Source: a virus
Reading direction: 5' to 3' (one strand)
Virus record (IMG/VR): IMGVR_UViG_3300030117_004272
Coordinates: 1 to 64,000 of that record
Length of the DNA stretch: 64,000 nt
Shown: positions 10,093-18,608 of the stretch, piece by piece
Layout: each line of letters starts with the position of its first letter
Numbering within the stretch: position 1 is the stretch's first letter
The notes under the pieces: generated by a model
The model's input: only the letters and a program-made list of their open reading frames with translations
What the model was told of the DNA's origin: nothing
Database searches by the model: none
Program-made: the position numbers and the translations under genes

Positions 10093-11856
10093 ATGAAAAC
10101 ATACGCTTTAGACTTTGAAACTTACTACGACAAGGACTGTAGTATTAAAAAATTAGGTTTTAACTGTTACTTTTCCCACCCTGATTTTGACGCATATAAA
10201 CTTAGTGTTGTGGGAGACGACGGTACTTCCTTCGTTGGGTGCCCCAAAGAAGAATTTGATTGGTCAATTCTTGAAGGGCATAGAGTTCTAGCACACAACG
10301 CATCCTTTGATGAATCTTTATATTTGTTCGGGGTAACTAAAGGTTGGTGGCTTAGTGTTAAATATGCAGAGTGGCATTGCACCGCAGACCTAGCAGCTTA
10401 CTGTGGGTTACCTAGATCTCTTAAAGGAGCTACCTCTGTGCTATACGATTTAGAAATGGATAAGTCTACCCGTGATAATATGGCGGGTAAGAGATGGGAA
10501 GACATGGATGAGGACTTTAAAAAAGAAGTCGATGAGTATGCTCTTAAAGATTCTGAATATTGTTTAGACTTATGGAGAGATTTACAAGATAAGTGGCCTG
10601 AAGCTGAAAGAGGTATCAGTAGAATAAATAGACTGTGTATGCAGAGAGGAGTTCCGATTGATGCTGAAGAGCTTAAAAAACAAAAAGAGAATATAAACAT
10701 TAAGTTATTTGAGGCGGAGAATAACATCCCGTGGCTAGACACCGCTACTCCATTATCTAGAAAAGCATTTAACGAAGAGTGTAGGAAGATGGGGCTTGAG
10801 CCACCTGTTAGTTTATCCATGACCGACGACGACGCTAACGCATGGATTAAAAAATACGGTCATGAGTACAAGTGGATTGGAGCTGTTCGAGACTATAGAA
10901 GAATTAACTCTCTTAAAAGAAAGTTAGAATCTTTTGATAATGCCACGATGGAGGATGGCAGATACTACGGAGGGCTTATGTATTTTGGAGCTCATACAGG
11001 AAGGTTTAGTGGGTCAGGAGGCAACCTTAATTTACAAAACTTACCGCGAGGAGAACTCTTAGGTACAAATCTAAGAAAACTTATTTCGCCTAGCAAAGAT
11101 AAAAAGCTTATCGTAGCTGACCTATCTCAAATTGAAGTTAGAACTTTATGTTGGTTATCTGAAGATACAGAAACTTTAGAAGTAATCAGAAACTCTGATG
11201 ACATATACGAAGGCTTTGCATGCCAATTTAACTTATGGGATGAAAGCAAAGGGTCATTAAAAGACGAAGACCCTAAGCTCCGCCATCGAGTAAAAACTAT
11301 GGTACTTGGTTGTGGTTATGGTGTTAGTGCTAATAAATTTTCTATGATCTCTGGTATGCCCCTAGATGAGGCAATGCACTCTGTTAGGTTATATAGAACT
11401 TCTATGAAAAAAGTTGTGGGTTTGTGGAACACAATTCAACGTAAATTGCACATAGCTTACTCTAAGAAAGAAGACTTTATTCTGGAGCTGCCATCAGGGA
11501 GACAATTAAATTACGGAAAAATAAAGACAACTATTCAAAACAACAGACGCAACTATGTTGCAATGTTGACTAAAGGAGCTAAGAAAATTCCTATTAGGTT
11601 GTGGGGAGGTTTACTAGCAGAGAACATATCTCAAGCTTTAGCAAGAGACATATTTTCTGATATGTTGGTCAGGTTAGAGCAAGCAGGACTTAAAGTAATA
11701 TTCCATGTTCATGACGAATTTGTAATTGAAATTGAAAAGGAGGAGGCTCAAAAAGGATTGGACAAAGTGCTCAATATAATGAAAACTCCTCCACCGTGGA
11801 TTTCCGATATCCCTCTTGATGCGGAAGGAAAAATAGTAACTGAATATGAGAAGTAA
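10093..11856 (+). CDS. polA: DNA polymerase, family A, with 3'-5' exonuclease domain
   Basis: ExoI ALDFETY, AHNASFD, HTGRFSG...NLQNLPR, motif A ADLSQIEVR, motif B RHRVKTMVLGCGYG, motif C HVHDE. Confidence 0.95.
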   Translation: MKTYALDFETYYDKDCSIKKLGFNCYFSHPDFDAYKLSVVGDDGTSFVGCPKEEFDWSILEGHRVLAHNASFDESLYLFGVTKGWWLSVKYAEWHCTADLAAYCGLPRSLKGATSVLYDLEMDKSTRDNMAGKRWEDMDEDFKKEVDEYALKDSEYCLDLWRDLQDKWPEAERGISRINRLCMQRGVPIDAEELKKQKENINIKLFEAENNIPWLDTATPLSRKAFNEECRKMGLEPPVSLSMTDDDANAWIKKYGHEYKWIGAVRDYRRINSLKRKLESFDNATMEDGRYYGGLMYFGAHTGRFSGSGGNLNLQNLPRGELLGTNLRKLISPSKDKKLIVADLSQIEVRTLCWLSEDTETLEVIRNSDDIYEGFACQFNLWDESKGSLKDEDPKLRHRVKTMVLGCGYGVSANKFSMISGMPLDEAMHSVRLYRTSMKKVVGLWNTIQRKLHIAYSKKEDFILELPSGRQLNYGKIKTTIQNNRRNYVAMLTKGAKKIPIRLWGGLLAENISQALARDIFSDMLVRLEQAGLKVIFHVHDEFVIEIEKEEAQKGLDKVLNIMKTPPPWISDIPLDAEGKIVTEYEK

Positions 11857-14024
11857 TGGAATATAGATATATTAAAAACCTGTGCGACAACAAAGCGACT
11901 AAGTCAAAGGACTTATCAACTTTACAAAAAAAGAAACCAGCCTTTAAAGACAAAGCTAAATTTAGAGCTTGGTGTGCTGACAAGAATACAGATCATTGTT
12001 TCTACAGTACTGTTATAGGAGACACTCCCTCGCTTCGAGTTTCTTCAAGTAACCCACCCCATACAGTATGGGGAGTCGTAGCTGATTACGACGCTCCTAT
12101 AGATTTCTCAATCATCGATAAAATACTAGCGACTCAATGTAAATCTGCAATGCCTACGTGGAGATCGAAAACTCAGTCAGGTTATTTGAGATTGGTCTGG
12201 GAGTTTGAATCAGGAATTACAGTTGCCCCTGATTTGTTTGCAGAGTTCATGAAGAGGATGGCTAATTACTTAGCCTTAGATAGAATCTGTGCAGGGTTTG
12301 ATAAGTCTTCTCTCAAAGCTAGTCAGTACTTTGAGTTAGGAGTTGATTGGACAAAAGTAGGAGATCCTTTAGATGAATCTATTTATCAATCTGCATATAG
12401 GAAAGCAGCGATGGATAAGCCTCCACAAGTGTCTGAAGTTTCTATTCCTATTGATGTTATTGCTGAAGAGGTAAATAAAAGATTTCCTAACCGATGGGAG
12501 GGTGAATTTAATGTAGGTGGCAGAGGTCCTTTGTTCTGGATCGATGATGGTATAGAAAGAGAAGGTTGTCAGGTTTCAGACAACGGTATGGTTACCTACA
12601 GTGATAGAGCGGGAAAAGGTTTTGTTACTTGGACAGAGATATTTGGTAAAAAGTTTGTGTCTGATTATGAGACTACAAAAACTTCAGGTATTCTCGATAC
12701 GTATTGGTACAACGGTAAAACGTATTTCAAACTAATTTACGGGGCTGCACAACAAATTCAGGAGAAACAACTTATACTAGAGTTAAGGCAAGCAGGGTTC
12801 TCTCCTAAGATAAGAGCAGGTAAAGCTTGTTCAGAGGTAGAGAATGCACTTGTTTCTATCTGCAACGATAATCGTATCGACGAGATAGCTCCTGTTATCT
12901 TTTCAAAAGACAGAGTTGTTACCTACAATAGTAGAAGGATACTTAATAACGCTAATATAAATCCTGTTAAACCCGCAGACTCAGGGGACAAAAAGGATTG
13001 GCCTTTCATACACAAATGGTTATCTAGTTTATTTGTAAATAATTCAAAGACTCCTACAATAGATTACTTTTATGCGTGGCTACAAAGGTTTTATGTATCT
13101 GTAATAGATAAGAATGCAGCGCAAGGTCAGGCTTTACTTTTAGTGGGGCCTACTAACAAAGGAAAATCACTGTTAAGTAACTGTGTTATCTCTGCATTAG
13201 TGGGAGGTTTTGCGGATGCTTCTGAATACATATCAGGAGGCACAAGCTTTAACAAAGACTTAGGAGGTAAAGCTGCGTGGGTGATTGACGATACGGTTAG
13301 TGCGGCTTCTTTTCAGGATCAGCGCAAAGCAACAGAGTTAATTAAGAAAGCAGTAGCTAATCCTAGAATGGAATACCATGCGAAACATGTAGATGCGATT
13401 AGTGTTCCGTGGACAGGTCGAGTTATAATGTCTCTTAACATGGACCCTAACAGCCTTAGCGTGATACCTGCATTAGACTCAAGTAACCGTGACAAGATTA
13501 TGGCACTGCTTATTAGTGAGACTTCTAGAAGTAAGTTTCCTCCTAACCACATTCTGGAGCAAACAATAAAAGACGAACTGCCGTACTTTGCTAAATTTCT
13601 AATAGACTTTAAGCCTCCAAAAAGCGTGTTAGGTACTTCTAGATTCGGAGTTGATTCCTACATTGACCCTGTTATAGCAAGTGCTGCTTACGATAATTCA
13701 AGCAGGTCAAGTATTGCAGAGCTTGTTGAGTTTTTTGTTAAAAGAGCTAGGGAGTATGGACATAGTGTTTCATGGAGGGGGACCCTTACAGATTTTCAAG
13801 TTACGGTTCAAGACTTTAATGGAGGGAGGAATGTTGGTATGTCTGGTTCTATGGAGTTTTTACGTAGGGGGATTGGTATAATGGAAGATGCTGCCCGTAA
13901 CAATTCGCACTTACGCCCTATAAAATCCAAAGGTCAAGGAGGGGGTAAGATTTGGGAAATTGATCTGGACGAGAAATATGATATAGATAATATTCAAAAT
14001 GACAAAATAATAGCCGTTTTATGA
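11856..14024 (+). CDS. Primase-helicase (N-terminal PrimPol-like domain, C-terminal SF3/DUF5906-like NTPase)
   Basis: VADYD and TQSGYLRLVW in the N-terminus; Walker A GPTNKGKS, WVIDD and MSLN in the C-terminus; coupled to polA. Confidence 0.8.
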   Translation: MEYRYIKNLCDNKATKSKDLSTLQKKKPAFKDKAKFRAWCADKNTDHCFYSTVIGDTPSLRVSSSNPPHTVWGVVADYDAPIDFSIIDKILATQCKSAMPTWRSKTQSGYLRLVWEFESGITVAPDLFAEFMKRMANYLALDRICAGFDKSSLKASQYFELGVDWTKVGDPLDESIYQSAYRKAAMDKPPQVSEVSIPIDVIAEEVNKRFPNRWEGEFNVGGRGPLFWIDDGIEREGCQVSDNGMVTYSDRAGKGFVTWTEIFGKKFVSDYETTKTSGILDTYWYNGKTYFKLIYGAAQQIQEKQLILELRQAGFSPKIRAGKACSEVENALVSICNDNRIDEIAPVIFSKDRVVTYNSRRILNNANINPVKPADSGDKKDWPFIHKWLSSLFVNNSKTPTIDYFYAWLQRFYVSVIDKNAAQGQALLLVGPTNKGKSLLSNCVISALVGGFADASEYISGGTSFNKDLGGKAAWVIDDTVSAASFQDQRKATELIKKAVANPRMEYHAKHVDAISVPWTGRVIMSLNMDPNSLSVIPALDSSNRDKIMALLISETSRSKFPPNHILEQTIKDELPYFAKFLIDFKPPKSVLGTSRFGVDSYIDPVIASAAYDNSSRSSIAELVEFFVKRAREYGHSVSWRGTLTDFQVTVQDFNGGRNVGMSGSMEFLRRGIGIMEDAARNNSHLRPIKSKGQGGGKIWEIDLDEKYDIDNIQNDKIIAVL

Positions 14025-14302
14025 CCAGACAAGAAATAGAAAATTTTATTGAAAAGACTATATCAACAGCATCTGTAATATTAGCAGATGATTTAGATGA
14101 AGCTTTTGTAGGTATTGATGTAGAACATGGGCCACCTAGAGCTGTTTATTCTATAGAAAAATGTATAAACTTGTTAGCCCAAGATATGTCTACCGTTGAA
14201 GCCGATGAATACTTTTGGCACAACGTAGCAGGGGCATTAGGAGAGGGGCTACCTATTTACATATCGACTCCTGAAGAAGAAGAGGAAAGTCCTTACGACT
14301 AA
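14021..14302 (+). CDS. Conserved phage hypothetical protein (paralog of 5568..5831)
   Basis: ADDLDEAFVG...AVYSIEKCI...EYFWHNVAGA..GE..PI. Confidence 0.7.
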   Translation: MTRQEIENFIEKTISTASVILADDLDEAFVGIDVEHGPPRAVYSIEKCINLLAQDMSTVEADEYFWHNVAGALGEGLPIYISTPEEEEESPYD

Positions 14303-14303
14303 A

Positions 14304-14834
14304 TTATTTATAACTAAATGGATTATTAAGCTTATCCATTTCTGTGTGGTATCCCGCTGCCTTGTAAGTAAACCCGTGATCATCTTGTTCCCCTCTTTTT
14401 TTAAACTGAGCTACTTGGAAAAATTTAGTCGTAGGCAACCATCCTACAATCCAGACAAACATTAAGTCTTTCCTGACTCTGGTAAAAAAATAAACATCGT
14501 TATCAGGGATTTTCTTAGAGGACCCATTAACAGAAACAGAGTATTCGGGTTTCGGGATGGACCCACAAGTTTTAGACTTAACCTCTATTCGTTTATGTCG
14601 ATGTTCTAAATCATGAGTAAAAACATAATTGCCTACATAGACACTTTTTTTAATAAATTTATTAACGACTATCTCTCCTAAACAACCAGTCATACGGCCC
14701 ATGCCTTGAGTAAATGAATTAGGAAGAACTCCCATTTCAGTAGCCCTTGTATGCGCGAGAGATATATCATCACTAGAGGGGGTGTAGACTGCGAAGGGAC
14801 CGCTTTCTTTAAAACCTTGTTTTCTTACACTCAA
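14304..14834 (-). CDS. Putative PD-(D/E)xK-fold nuclease
   Basis: GCLGE...HDL...IEVKSK restriction-endonuclease-like motif. Confidence 0.55.
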   Translation of the reverse strand: MSVRKQGFKESGPFAVYTPSSDDISLAHTRATEMGVLPNSFTQGMGRMTGCLGEIVVNKFIKKSVYVGNYVFTHDLEHRHKRIEVKSKTCGSIPKPEYSVSVNGSSKKIPDNDVYFFTRVRKDLMFVWIVGWLPTTKFFQVAQFKKRGEQDDHGFTYKAAGYHTEMDKLNNPFSYK

Positions 14835-14838
14835 ATTT

Positions 14839-15135
14839 TCAAGTTGCTCGTTTCAAAAATAACTCCCAAGCAGGAAAAAATATTTCTTCCATACAGCGTA
14901 CAACAGCTTCTTGGTCGTAGTTCTCAAGCCACCCTACTCCACTTATGAGTAGACTAGCTTCCATCATTTCGTGACGAATAGTATTTAATAGGACTTTACC
15001 TTTTAAATTTTTATTTATTTCGATAGTTTTTTTATCGTGTAAATACAATCCGAAGTCAGGACTGTCCCCATTAAAAGGAACTAGCTCAAGTTTTACCCTC
15101 TGCCCTGCAATCGATATTGTTTTAGGCAGTTGCAC
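14839..15135 (-). CDS. Small zincin-like protein (HExxE variant)
   Basis: FGLY...IEINK...TIRHEMMEA...QEAVV. Confidence 0.55.
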   Translation of the reverse strand: MQLPKTISIAGQRVKLELVPFNGDSPDFGLYLHDKKTIEINKNLKGKVLLNTIRHEMMEASLLISGVGWLENYDQEAVVRCMEEIFFPAWELFLKRAT

Positions 15136-15136
15136 A

Positions 15137-15691
15137 TTACCACCTTTCTGAGAGTTCTTTGTAGAGTTCTATCCCCGCAGCCATTGCAGTAGCCATACCC
15201 TCCATATTTTTTAAAGCGAGCTCCCAATCCTCCTCATTACTACCAAAAAACGGTTCTGCGATAGTCGCAGGACAGTGCGTTAATCTTAAAAACCCTGCTC
15301 CTCTACTGCCTTTCTTGCGGGGTTTGATCCCTCTACTCCTTAACTGAGGGAAACAATCCTCAAAAGAATCCCGTAAAGATCTAGCGAACAACCTGCCTTT
15401 CTCTGAAGTATTCCAGTACAACCACTCATGCCCTGTCGCTGATGGAGTAGCAGCGTTAAAATGAAGTTCAATCGCTGCTTCAACAGCATCATGTTTTAAA
15501 GCTCTAGCGAGCCATTTCATAGAACTCCAATAACTATTACCTTTGTAGGTAGAATAAATTTTATGTGGAGTCTTCAACCTGTCGCTGATCATATCAGCTA
15601 ATTGGGAGTTGTAGTCCCATTCAGTGACTCCAGTTACGGAAGCGGCACCTGAATCATTTGGTCTGCTGTGTCCCACGCATATTGCTATCAT
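15137..15691 (-). CDS. Endolysin, N-acetylmuramoyl-L-alanine amidase (Amidase_3)
   Basis: CVGHS, TEWDYN, IELHFNA, GHE, FLR, IAEPFFGSN: the zinc amidase motifs. Confidence 0.92.
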   Translation of the reverse strand: MIAICVGHSRPNDSGAASVTGVTEWDYNSQLADMISDRLKTPHKIYSTYKGNSYWSSMKWLARALKHDAVEAAIELHFNAATPSATGHEWLYWNTSEKGRLFARSLRDSFEDCFPQLRSRGIKPRKKGSRGAGFLRLTHCPATIAEPFFGSNEEDWELALKNMEGMATAMAAGIELYKELSERW

Positions 15692-15923
15692 CTCCTATTA
15701 TTATAGCACGTCTGTAGGAATAATCACTGTGAAACTTCTGCCCACGACCCATGAGGTTGCCTTCTTTGAAAGGATAGTCATACCCTTTTATAAGGGTAAT
15801 TGTAGCAGGATCATAAAGATTGCTTTCGTTCAAACTGGAGTCTCCTGCTAAGTCTTTCAAGGCGCAGCTTGGCAGCAGGAGAACCATCAGCAGCAAGGCG
15901 GTCAGCTTCATCTTCAAGATCAT
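15654..15923 (-). CDS. Lipoprotein, putative o-spanin (Rz1-like)
   Basis: Signal peptide and lipobox MKLTALLLMVLLLPS-C; overlaps the upstream ORF and the endolysin. Confidence 0.55.
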   Translation of the reverse strand: MILKMKLTALLLMVLLLPSCALKDLAGDSSLNESNLYDPATITLIKGYDYPFKEGNLMGRGQKFHSDYSYRRAIIIGDDSNMRGTQQTK

Positions 15924-16002
15924 AAATATGTTTTCTATGCTTATACTTAGTATACGCAGCGTATGAACTCAAAGCTGCTTTTATTATTTTTATGAAGGTC
16001 AC
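15811..16002 (-). CDS. Small lysis-cassette protein, possible i-spanin (Rz-like)
   Basis: Helical; overlaps the lipoprotein gene out of frame as in Rz/Rz1 pairs. The transmembrane segment is weak. Confidence 0.35.
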   Translation of the reverse strand: MTFIKIIKAALSSYAAYTKYKHRKHIYDLEDEADRLAADGSPAAKLRLERLSRRLQFERKQSL

Positions 16003-16097
16003 TTTTTAGTCTTCTTATAAGCGTCCTTTAAAAGTTTCTTTTTAGCAGTTGGCTTTTTAGAAGCCTTCTTTTTTTTGCCGTAAGATTTCCCGTACAT
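15999..16097 (-). CDS. 32-aa very basic mini-protein
   Basis: Hand translation MYGKSYGKKKKASKKPTAKKKLLKDAYKKTKK; start and stop overlap both neighbours. Confidence 0.5.
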   Translation of the reverse strand: MYGKSYGKKKKASKKPTAKKKLLKDAYKKTKK

Positions 16098-16261
16098 TAT
16101 TTCTTTTTAGATAAAATTGACCATATAACACCCACGAGAGTGACTGCTGCTGATACACCAGTCGTAACCTCACTATCTGTTGCTATACCATTCTGAGTCA
16201 TGAATCCTCCACCGAAAGTAAGGATATGACGTATGATTCCTAAGATTGATTCTTTATTCAT
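16097..16261 (-). CDS. Putative holin (54 aa)
   Basis: Hand translation MNKESILGIIRHILTFGGGFMTQNGIATDSEVTTGVSAAVTLVGVIWSILSKKK; two hydrophobic segments, basic tail, upstream of the endolysin. Confidence 0.7.
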   Translation of the reverse strand: MNKESILGIIRHILTFGGGFMTQNGIATDSEVTTGVSAAVTLVGVIWSILSKKK

Positions 16262-16431
16262 TTTTTCTTTTTTATTAAATTATATAACGTAATTATAGCT
16301 ACTGTGATACCTAAAAGGCCACCAATGACTTGAATAACCCATTGGATAAATTCAGCATAAGGTATAGTAACAGCTATAAGTGAACCTGTTACACCTGTAA
16401 CTCCTTTAGTTATTATCTCACTGTTACTCAT
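16258..16431 (-). CDS. Small membrane protein, holin/antiholin-like (57 aa)
   Basis: Hand translation MSNSEIITKGVTGVTGSLIAVTIPYAEFIQWVIQVIGGLLGITVAIITLYNLIKKKK. Confidence 0.6.
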   Translation of the reverse strand: MSNSEIITKGVTGVTGSLIAVTIPYAEFIQWVIQVIGGLLGITVAIITLYNLIKKKK

Positions 16432-16452
16432 AATTTTAAAAATATAACACTT

Positions 16453-17670
16453 TTATGACGTTTTTCTAGTTGTATTCCATGCTGCTAGATATGTGTCAAG
16501 AGCATCTAAAGCAGGATAAGTTATAACAGGTGAACTTACAAATCCACTATAAGAAGGAGATCCAATGACAGGAACTTTTAATTCTTCGTGATAACACCCT
16601 AATATTTTTAAAGTATTATCATCATCAACTAAAAAAACAGGATCACCTGAATCTTTAAGTCTAGCACGACCATCAAAGTAATCCTCAAAAGTAACTTGAT
16701 TGGCATTTGTTTGACTACTTGTTATAGCATCAAAATCTAAATTACTAGAACTAGATAAACCAGCAGTGCTTACAACCCGCCAATGTACTCTTTGTCTAGG
16801 TGGAGTTTGATTAGCATTAGAAGATCCTTGCGTCTCACCGTGTGGAGCATTTGAAGAAATCCTTGACCTAGTATCTAAAACATAAGTAAACCCTTTTGGA
16901 GGGTTAAAAGGAACATTGAATGTGGTACTCCCCTCTATTTTTGCTATCTCATATTGTGTTAGACTATCATCTACCGAATCAATAGAATCACCATTTTCGG
17001 CTTCCAAAATCCCAATACCTATATCTGTATAATATGAAGATAAGGAAGAAAAAACTGTTCTTAAATCTATTTTTGAAGAGTAACCCCCAGTAGGTGATGT
17101 TGAGAAAGATCCTCCAGATTGTGCAATCCTATATGTAAATCTTTGCCCTTCAGCATTTGTAAAGGTCATGCGTTGGTCAACACCCCCACTATGGTGAGTA
17201 GCAAAAGCAATAGTTTTTGGGCCAATTAAAGTACCTCTTCTCGTAGATTGCTCATCTCCTCCTATCACGTTCCCATGAAAAGCAACTCCTGATAAATCAA
17301 ATCTAGCTGCCCAACAATCAGGGTTTCTAGTTAGTGTAGATGTTTGATCTGAAGCAACTATAGTAGTAAAATATTGATCATCCATAGGAACAGCAGTAGA
17401 TGTTGCAGCAGGAGCATTATCCGAGTAAGTCCACTTTGCTGAAGTTCCCGACCCTGAAAAACTTTTTGTTCGAGGGGGATACTTCGCTTTATATGCTCTC
17501 AAAGCATCTATAACGGCTGTTCCATGATACCCCCATGCACGTAAAAGATCATGGAAAGTGGTAGCTTTAACAGTTCTTTCAGAAACATCATATATTGGGA
17601 TAAGATCGTTAAAGTTGAACTGTATATCAGTCAACTCAGGTGTTGCATTAACTCCGTCTAATGAAGGCAT
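16453..17670 (-). CDS. Virion-associated protein with trypsin-like serine protease domain
   Basis: GTLIGPKTIAFATHH (His), TDIGIGIL (Asp), KDSGDPVF (Ser; compare GDSGGP). Confidence 0.6.
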   Translation of the reverse strand: MPSLDGVNATPELTDIQFNFNDLIPIYDVSERTVKATTFHDLLRAWGYHGTAVIDALRAYKAKYPPRTKSFSGSGTSAKWTYSDNAPAATSTAVPMDDQYFTTIVASDQTSTLTRNPDCWAARFDLSGVAFHGNVIGGDEQSTRRGTLIGPKTIAFATHHSGGVDQRMTFTNAEGQRFTYRIAQSGGSFSTSPTGGYSSKIDLRTVFSSLSSYYTDIGIGILEAENGDSIDSVDDSLTQYEIAKIEGSTTFNVPFNPPKGFTYVLDTRSRISSNAPHGETQGSSNANQTPPRQRVHWRVVSTAGLSSSSNLDFDAITSSQTNANQVTFEDYFDGRARLKDSGDPVFLVDDDNTLKILGCYHEELKVPVIGSPSYSGFVSSPVITYPALDALDTYLAAWNTTRKTS

Positions 17671-17671
17671 T

Positions 17672-17860
17672 TTATGAAAAAACTAATCCTAACGCCTCTC
17701 CTAGTTCTTTAACAGTAATTGATTTCACATGACCTGTAGACTGATCATAAAAAGATAGCATATCTTCTCTAGCTATCTTATTAAAAGCATCACTATCTGA
17801 TGAAAGAAGGCTATCGCCCTCTAATTTTTCTAATGTTGGTGTGTCTCCTAAAGTTGGCAT
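17672..17860 (-). CDS. Small virion protein (docking-module-like)
   Basis: Resembles the N-terminus of 16453..17670. Confidence 0.55.
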   Translation of the reverse strand: MPTLGDTPTLEKLEGDSLLSSDSDAFNKIAREDMLSFYDQSTGHVKSITVKELGEALGLVFS

Positions 17861-17878
17861 GTTGTTTATAGTTTATTT

Positions 17879-18262
17879 TTATAAGAAAATCCTGTTAGGC
17901 GCATTTGTTGGTCTTGGGATAGACACTTCTTCGCCTTCCTCGTTCAGTTCAGTCATGGCACTATGCCATACAATAAAATCTTCTGCGGGAGTCATATCCC
18001 TGTCGGCCATGTCACGGAATAGTACCCACCATGCATCATCACTTACCATGATTGGATGTTCGTATTCAGTGCCGTCTTCATCTCTAAATGTTTCCGTTTC
18101 ACCAGTTTCTGTCCAGTGTTCACCGATAACGGTAAATACATAATCTTCTCCTTGTTCAATGACACGGAGTTCATCCTCTTCAACGACAGAAGTAAAGCCG
18201 TTGTCCTCTGCGAAAGTAATGGCTTGTTCTTTTGAATCGAATTTTAAAAGTATGTCTTTCAT
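17879..18262 (-). CDS. Acidic tail-fibre-associated protein
   Basis: Downstream of the fibre gene; ends PTNAPNRIFL. Confidence 0.55.
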   Translation of the reverse strand: MKDILLKFDSKEQAITFAEDNGFTSVVEEDELRVIEQGEDYVFTVIGEHWTETGETETFRDEDGTEYEHPIMVSDDAWWVLFRDMADRDMTPAEDFIVWHSAMTELNEEGEEVSIPRPTNAPNRIFL

Positions 18263-18603
18263 CAGTCGGCAAGTGGTGGGTCTTCAGAATCATCTTCTTC
18301 ATTCAAAAAAGGATCTGGAGGATACACCCAATCTTCTGGGAGTGAATCGACTAGAGTGTCCTCTTCAGTGAGTAATGCTTCATCAGGAATGCTTACGTGT
18401 TCCTCTTCTGTTTCCTCGTCAGTCCAAGTGTTCTTAGCAATCTCGATATAAGCTCTAGGATCTTCTTCGGCTGCTTCCTCTCCAACGCCCCACCAAAATC
18501 TGGTGCCTGATCCAGTAGACCAGAATGAAGTGTTCTTTTGTTGTGCTGCCTTTTCGCTTCGAGCTTGTGCTTCTTCTTTTGAATTAAATATTAGATATGC
18601 CAT
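18262..18603 (-). CDS. Acidic tail-fibre-associated protein
   Basis: Coupled ORF; N-terminus YLIFNSKEEA resembles ILLKFDSKEQA of the neighbouring gene. Confidence 0.55.
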   Translation of the reverse strand: MAYLIFNSKEEAQARSEKAAQQKNTSFWSTGSGTRFWWGVGEEAAEEDPRAYIEIAKNTWTDEETEEEHVSIPDEALLTEEDTLVDSLPEDWVYPPDPFLNEEDDSEDPPLAD

Positions 18604-18608
18604 GATTT

